64,000 nt of DNA, from NCBI GenBank assembly GCA_963555755.3, contig OY820905.2:3616001-3680000 (forward strand), given 5' to 3'. The notes beneath the pieces are model-generated. The model was not told where the DNA came from. It ran no database searches and worked only from the letters and a program-made list of their open reading frames with translations. The position numbers were made by a program, and so were the translations under genes. Below are positions 59,077 to 64,000 of the stretch, piece after piece. This DNA comes from Nitrospirales bacterium. Its GTDB lineage: Bacteria; Nitrospirota; Nitrospiria; Nitrospirales; UBA8639. Each line of letters starts with the position of its first letter. Position 1 is the stretch's first letter.

Positions 59077-61048
59077 GTTCGCAGTAACAGCAGTATGTCT
59101 AGCGGGTTAAAGTCCCGTCCAAGGAATTGTCCGTACACCTTGGTAGCATGAGGAAGCGGCGTCGTGGTAACGCGGGGTCGTCAGTTTCCCCACAGCAAAA
59201 GAGCAGGCCGTAACGCAAGTGAACCGATGAGTAGCCTCGTAAACGAAGTGGAGACGCCGACCCTGTGGTCAGAAGGGGAAGGCCGGTGGAAGGGTGCTGG
59301 AATAACGGAAGTGGCATCCCTCGACTCCCGGGGTAGCAAGGATGGCATGTTCTGGAAGACATATAGCCCAGTGCTGGAGACCCGTTGTGGGGGTGGGGAG
59401 GCCACCGACCAATGTGTATAAGGCAACGAAATCACAGCGGCCCGGAACGGGAGTCGGAGGGGTTCATAGTACCGCGTGAGGCCGAGGGACAACACAACCC
59501 CGGTCGAGGGAAGGAACCCTACTTTGTTCAGGCAACCGAAGAGCGGAGGATCAGGGGATTGCCATGGCGCTAACCACCCCGGAGACGATCAGGACGCTAC
59601 AGAGGAAGCTGTATGCCAAGGCCAAGCAAGAACCGGCCTATCGCTTTTACGCCCTCTACGACAAGATCAGCCAGGAGGATATCCTCAATCATGCCTGGCG
59701 GCTTGTTCGAGCCAATCGAGGCAGCCCCGGGAGTGATGGGCTCAGCTTCGAGGCCATAGAGAGTGGAATCGGGGTAGACACGTTTCTGCGGGAATTGCCC
59801 CGTGATCTGCAAGCCAAGACCTACCGAGCCCAACCGGTGCGACGCGTCATGAGACTTAAAGCGGACGGCAGTTTCCGTCCGTTGGGGATCCCGACGATCC
59901 GAGACCGGGTGACGCAAATGGCCGTGAAACTCATCATCGAGCCGATCTTTGAAGCCGACTTCTGTACGAATTCGTACGGATTCCGGCCCAAGCGATCGGC
60001 CCATGATGCGGTGGACGACATTGCCAAGACGCTCTGGGCCGGCTACACCCAAGTCATCGACGCCGACCTGTCGAAGTACTTTGACAGTATCCCGCATGCC
60101 AAACTCCTGGCCGTGGTTGCCGAGCGCATTGTGGATGGGGGCATCCTGCGCCTCATCAAGCAATGGCTCAAAGCCCCGGTTATTGGCGACGACGCGGACG
60201 GCACCCGGAAAAGTGTAGGCGGCGGGAAAGCCAACCGCACGGGGACTCCGCAAGGCGGAGTGATTTCCCCGCTGCTGGCTAACTGCTACCTGCACATTCT
60301 GGATCGAACCTGGCAACGGCGACACTGCAAAGATAAATTGCACGCGCACTTGGTGCGCTACGCAGATGACTTTGTCGTGATGTGTCGAAAAGATGTAGAG
60401 GAACCGCTGAAGGTGGTGCGCCACGTACTGGACCGACTGGGCCTGAGTCTCAACGAGGCCAAGACCCACATTGTGGATACGACCAAAGCGAGTTTCACCT
60501 TCCTGGGTTTTACGCTGCAGATGAGTCGAGGGGCAAAGACTGGAAAGCCGTACCCGAATGTTCGACCGGCAGACACCTCGCTGAAGCAGATCAAAGCGAG
60601 ACTGACCGACCTGACACAGCGGGACCTGACCGCCATTGCCTTGAGCGACCTCGTGGGAACGGTCAACCGCAGCCTCCGCGGCTGGGTGAACTACTTCCAC
60701 TATCGGAACTCAAGTCTGGCAATGAGCAAGGTCAGAAACCATGCGGAGGACCGGTTACGAACCCATTTGATGAAACGCCACAAGATCAAGGACAGAGGCA
60801 CCGGCTTACGCCGGTTCCCGCAGGCCGATCTGTATGAGCGTTACGGGCTATACAAGGTTCCTACAGTAGCGGGCTGGCGCTCGGCGCATGCCTTGGCATG
60901 AAGAACATCGGAAAGCCGTGTGCGGGAAAACCGCATGCACGGTTTGATGAGGGGGCGCTGGTAATTGCTGACTGCTATGGTCCGTGGTAGACGCGTGCGT
61001 CGAAGCGTTCGAGAGCAGCTCCATGTATGCACCAGTGCTCTACTCTAC
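59077..61048 (+). mobile_element. Complete group II intron (IIB-like), 1972 nt
   Basis: 5' GTTCG; EBS1 GGTCAGA at 59267-59273; DV AAGCCGTGTGCGGGAAAACCGCATGCACGGTTT at ~60913-60945; 3' CTACTCTAC. Confidence 0.92.
59564..60901 (+). CDS. ltrA: Group II intron reverse transcriptase/maturase, no endonuclease domain
   Basis: RPLGIPTIRDR, SYGFRP, DADLSKYFD, GTPQGGVISPLLAN, YADD; X domain LRGWVNYF. Confidence 0.95.
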   Translation: MALTTPETIRTLQRKLYAKAKQEPAYRFYALYDKISQEDILNHAWRLVRANRGSPGSDGLSFEAIESGIGVDTFLRELPRDLQAKTYRAQPVRRVMRLKADGSFRPLGIPTIRDRVTQMAVKLIIEPIFEADFCTNSYGFRPKRSAHDAVDDIAKTLWAGYTQVIDADLSKYFDSIPHAKLLAVVAERIVDGGILRLIKQWLKAPVIGDDADGTRKSVGGGKANRTGTPQGGVISPLLANCYLHILDRTWQRRHCKDKLHAHLVRYADDFVVMCRKDVEEPLKVVRHVLDRLGLSLNEAKTHIVDTTKASFTFLGFTLQMSRGAKTGKPYPNVRPADTSLKQIKARLTDLTQRDLTAIALSDLVGTVNRSLRGWVNYFHYRNSSLAMSKVRNHAEDRLRTHLMKRHKIKDRGTGLRRFPQADLYERYGLYKVPTVAGWRSAHALA

Positions 61049-61227
61049 CCTTTTTAAATGCCTCTTTTAGACTGTTAGATCCCTTTTAGAGGCTGGGGTG
61101 GCCGTGTAAGTTTTCTGTTCCTGCGTTGGTTTGTCTGCTTGCGCGAAGCCAGTGTTCAATCCTGTTGCTTTGATGCAGAATTTTTCTCCTGTTGACTTAC
61201 CCACTTCCCATCCTTAGGCTTGAGCTG

Positions 61228-61836
61228 ATGGACAAACAAAGACCAGCATCAGATGTGATGAATGCGCGGTTTTCGGTGGCCGGCGTGATTCCTCTGAACA
61301 TCCCCAATGCGCTGACGATTTTGCGGATTTTGTTGATTCCGGTAATCGTCGGGTTTTTGGTATATGGGCATTATGACTATGCGTTGATTACGCTGATTGT
61401 CGCGATGATTACCGATGCGCTGGATGGGACTATTGCCCGACTGGCCAATCAAAAGACGCAGTTTGGCGCGTACCTCGATCCACTTGCGGACAAGCTGCTG
61501 CTCATGACCACGTTCATTACCTTTTCGCTGTTAAGCCTTGTGCCCGTCTGGAGTGTTATTGTAGTGGTCAGCCGCGATGCTATTTTGCTCACGGGTACGT
61601 TGCTTTCTCACGTGACGGACACGAAAATTGATGCTTCTCCCTCCGTGTTGGGCAAAGCGACGACCTTGTTTCAGTCAGCCTACATTATCTTGGTACTTAT
61701 CTTTTCGTCCCGCCAGTTTGATCCCGAGCTCTTGACCCCGCTGTTGTATACGATGTGCATTTTGACTGTCGCATCTGGGCTTCATTATATTATGCGAGGC
61801 GTGAGTAAAATGAATTCCCCGGACGGTAATCCGTAA
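61228..61836 (+). CDS. CDP-alcohol phosphatidyltransferase (PgsA-like)
   Basis: NIPNALTILR, TDALDGTIAR...FGAYLDPLADK. Confidence 0.9.
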   Translation: MDKQRPASDVMNARFSVAGVIPLNIPNALTILRILLIPVIVGFLVYGHYDYALITLIVAMITDALDGTIARLANQKTQFGAYLDPLADKLLLMTTFITFSLLSLVPVWSVIVVVSRDAILLTGTLLSHVTDTKIDASPSVLGKATTLFQSAYIILVLIFSSRQFDPELLTPLLYTMCILTVASGLHYIMRGVSKMNSPDGNP

Positions 61837-61854
61837 TTCTATGGTCAATGACGT

Positions 61855-63669
61855 ATGGTTCGCGAGCGGATGGGCAAGTTGTTACTCGAAGCCGGTTGTA
61901 TTTCCGAGGCCCAACTGCATGCTGCGCTTCAAGTCCAACAAGACACCAAGGCCCGGCTTGGCGCCATTCTTGTCGAGCAAGGCGCGATTTCTGAACACAC
62001 CCTTCTGACTTTCCTTGGACAACAGTACGGGTTGCCCGTGCTGCATGATCCTCCCGATTCACCTGATCCTGGTTTAACCCAATTCGTGTCATTCGAATGG
62101 GCCCAACAGCAAGGCATCGTTCCTATCAAAAAAATTGGAAACCGGCTGACGGTGGCTATGGTGAATCCAGCGGATGTGCGTCTGCTCGATGAACTGCGGT
62201 TTCGGACGAACTGTTCGATTATTCCCATGGTAGCGCGTGAAGCCGATGTGTGTAATCGGATTCAGCTCCTGTACGGGAAATCATCTAAAAAATCTCTGCC
62301 TTCCGATTCACCAGTGGTGTCGCGATCAGGAGATAGATTTTCCCATCCAGGCAATGGGGCTGGCGATAACCGACTTCATGACGAAACATCTGAAAATGAT
62401 TCCCTGTTGAATCAGGCGAATATGACTGCCTTACTGGAACGAGCCTCGTCCAGTTTGCTGGATACCCAGCCGACATTACATGGCGAGGTGTTCGTAAAAG
62501 ATGATTCTCCAATTGTTGATTTGGTCACTACCATCGTGGCGAATGCGGCACAGGTCGGGGCGAGTGATATTCACTTTGAGCCATTCGAAACGTCGGTTCG
62601 AGTTCGGTTTCGGTTGGATGGGGTGTTGCAGACACAGATGACCTACCCGCTTCGTCTTCGGAACGCGGTGATTTCACGCCTGAAGATTTTGGCGAAGCTG
62701 GATATTACTGAACGCCGGCTTCCACAAGATGGACGGTTGAGTGTGGATGTGGATCAACAGCGGTCGCTAGATGTGCGGCTGTCTATTTTACCGAGTTTCC
62801 ATGGTGAAAAAGCCGTGTTGCGTTTATTAAACCGGTCAGGACTGACCTTGGATCTTTCAGCCTTGGGATTGGCTGATGCCGAACTTGCGAACTTCCTTGC
62901 CGCGTTAGAGCAACCCGACGGGATGGTTCTGGTTACCGGCCCAACAGGTAGTGGCAAGACCACGACATTGTATTCGGCCTTGCAGGTGTTGAATACTCCT
63001 GATGTCAACATTGTGACCGCTGAAGATCCGATTGAATATCACTTTGCGGGCATTACTCAGGTTCCCATCAAAGAAGAAATTGGCTTGACCTTTGCCACGG
63101 TCCTGCGGGCATTTCTCCGACAAGATCCAGACATCATGATGGTGGGGGAAATCCGTGATTGGGAAACCGCTCAGATTGCGGTGAGGGCCGCGTTGACCGG
63201 GCATCGAGTCCTGTCAACGCTTCATACTGGCGATGCGGTTCGAACGGTCACGCGACTGTTGGACATGGGGGTTGAACCGTTTATGGTGGCATCCTCGCTT
63301 CGTTTGATTGTTGCGCAACGGCTGGTGCGGAAGGTGTGTGCATTGTGCCAGAAGCCTGATCCCATTCCATCTGATCAACTGATGAAGATAGGATTCACCG
63401 AAGAAGAAGCGCACGAGGTGGTGCCGGTACGTGGGCAAGGGTGCCCAGCCTGTCATTCTACCGGGTATCGCGGACGTATCGGGTTGTTCGAAGTCTTGCC
63501 TGTTTCTGAAGCTCTTCAGTCCCTCATCTTGCAGCGGTCTTCGTCGGACCTTCTCCGTCAGCAAGCCCGACAGGAAGGTCTCAAGTCTTTGCGTCAGAAC
63601 GGGTTGAACAAGATTAGGGCTGGGTTGACGACGATTGAGGAAGTAATGAGTGCTTCAACACTGACTTGA
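61855..63669 (+). CDS. pilB: Type IV pilus assembly ATPase
   Basis: MshEN N-terminus, ASDIHFEP, GPTGSGKTTT, TAEDPIEY; followed by pilT. Confidence 0.88.
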   Translation: MVRERMGKLLLEAGCISEAQLHAALQVQQDTKARLGAILVEQGAISEHTLLTFLGQQYGLPVLHDPPDSPDPGLTQFVSFEWAQQQGIVPIKKIGNRLTVAMVNPADVRLLDELRFRTNCSIIPMVAREADVCNRIQLLYGKSSKKSLPSDSPVVSRSGDRFSHPGNGAGDNRLHDETSENDSLLNQANMTALLERASSSLLDTQPTLHGEVFVKDDSPIVDLVTTIVANAAQVGASDIHFEPFETSVRVRFRLDGVLQTQMTYPLRLRNAVISRLKILAKLDITERRLPQDGRLSVDVDQQRSLDVRLSILPSFHGEKAVLRLLNRSGLTLDLSALGLADAELANFLAALEQPDGMVLVTGPTGSGKTTTLYSALQVLNTPDVNIVTAEDPIEYHFAGITQVPIKEEIGLTFATVLRAFLRQDPDIMMVGEIRDWETAQIAVRAALTGHRVLSTLHTGDAVRTVTRLLDMGVEPFMVASSLRLIVAQRLVRKVCALCQKPDPIPSDQLMKIGFTEEEAHEVVPVRGQGCPACHSTGYRGRIGLFEVLPVSEALQSLILQRSSSDLLRQQARQEGLKSLRQNGLNKIRAGLTTIEEVMSASTLT

Positions 63670-63734
63670 CCTCTTTTATCGCTATTTCACTTAGTGTTCG
63701 TTCTCTCCACTGATGGTAAGAAAATAATAGGGTA

Positions 63735-63824
63735 CATCCGAAGCTCGAATATCGAAATCCGAAACAAAGGAGAATGACCAAATTAAAAATTCGAATTGCG
63801 GATTTATTTCGCATTTCGAGTTTA
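63735..63824. repeat. Heptamer-type inverted repeat related to 34627-34733
   Basis: ATCCGAAGCTCGAATATCGAAATCCGAAAC matches the reverse complement of the right arm of the 34.7-kb copy. Confidence 0.7.
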
Positions 63825-63872
63825 TGGAACGTATTGGGAATCTATGAAAACGATAAAGGAAATTATTCTGGC

Positions 63873-64000
63873 ATGAGCAATCTCGAAACGTACCTCTCGG
63901 TTTTGGTGCACCGGGGAGGTTCCGATTTGCATCTGGTGGCGAATCGCGTTCCACGGGTTCGGGTGGATGGGCGTCTGTTGGCTCTCAATGAACCGGCGTT
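63873..64000 (+). CDS. pilT: Type IV pilus retraction ATPase, N-terminus (partial)
   Basis: MSNLETYLSVLVHRGGSDLHLVANRVPRVRVDGRL, the PilT SDLHL..P..RVDG motif, downstream of pilB. Confidence 0.75.
   Translation, partial: MSNLETYLSVLVHRGGSDLHLVANRVPRVRVDGRLLALNEPA

Noticed and set aside
59597..60700. 367-aa minus-strand ORF in the intron
   Set aside because: Antisense shadow of the RT gene.
59564..60901. DGR, retron or defence RT
   Set aside because: Has group II intron RT and X-domain motifs and is enclosed by DV/DVI and EBS1; no TR/VR pair seen.

Overview
Bacterial chromosomal window, most consistent with a Nitrospirota/Nitrospirales-like organism. That assignment is an inference from gene order and repeat style, not a database result. 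Housekeeping genes: bioF, an ilvB-ilvN-ilvC-psd-pssA-leuA-leuB-(NHL)-asd-DUF2905-spoIID-queA run, a SurA-N protein, SulP plus NhaD, a CDP-alcohol phosphatidyltransferase, pilB and the start of pilT. Accessory genes: a sigma54-preceded sulfur-handling operon (MBL-rhodanese, rhodanese-DUF2892, membrane protein, TauE), a REC-PAS-GAF-PAS-GGDEF-EAL protein, an 11-12 kb MSHA/T2SS-like pilus cluster with two paralogous large minor pilins, three TA pairs (higBA, DUF4160/DUF2442, hicBA) and an FRG-domain gene. The most striking feature is the non-coding mobilome. At least six families of structured intergenic repeats or MITEs are present, some nested, with readable TSDs (TWA 3 bp; TTNAA 5 bp). One non-TIR, hairpin-rich repeat (family A, six copies, all in the same orientation) punctuates small cargo genes like a cassette array. 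It is also the insertion target of a group II intron (3' end at 205) and of a 2578-bp DUF4338-IS4 fusion element with a 10-bp TSD. A second, complete group II intron (59077-61048) sits in the stem of a REP-like palindrome, and its EBS1 (GGTCAGA) is complementary to that palindrome arm. No CRISPR array, rRNA or tRNA was seen.
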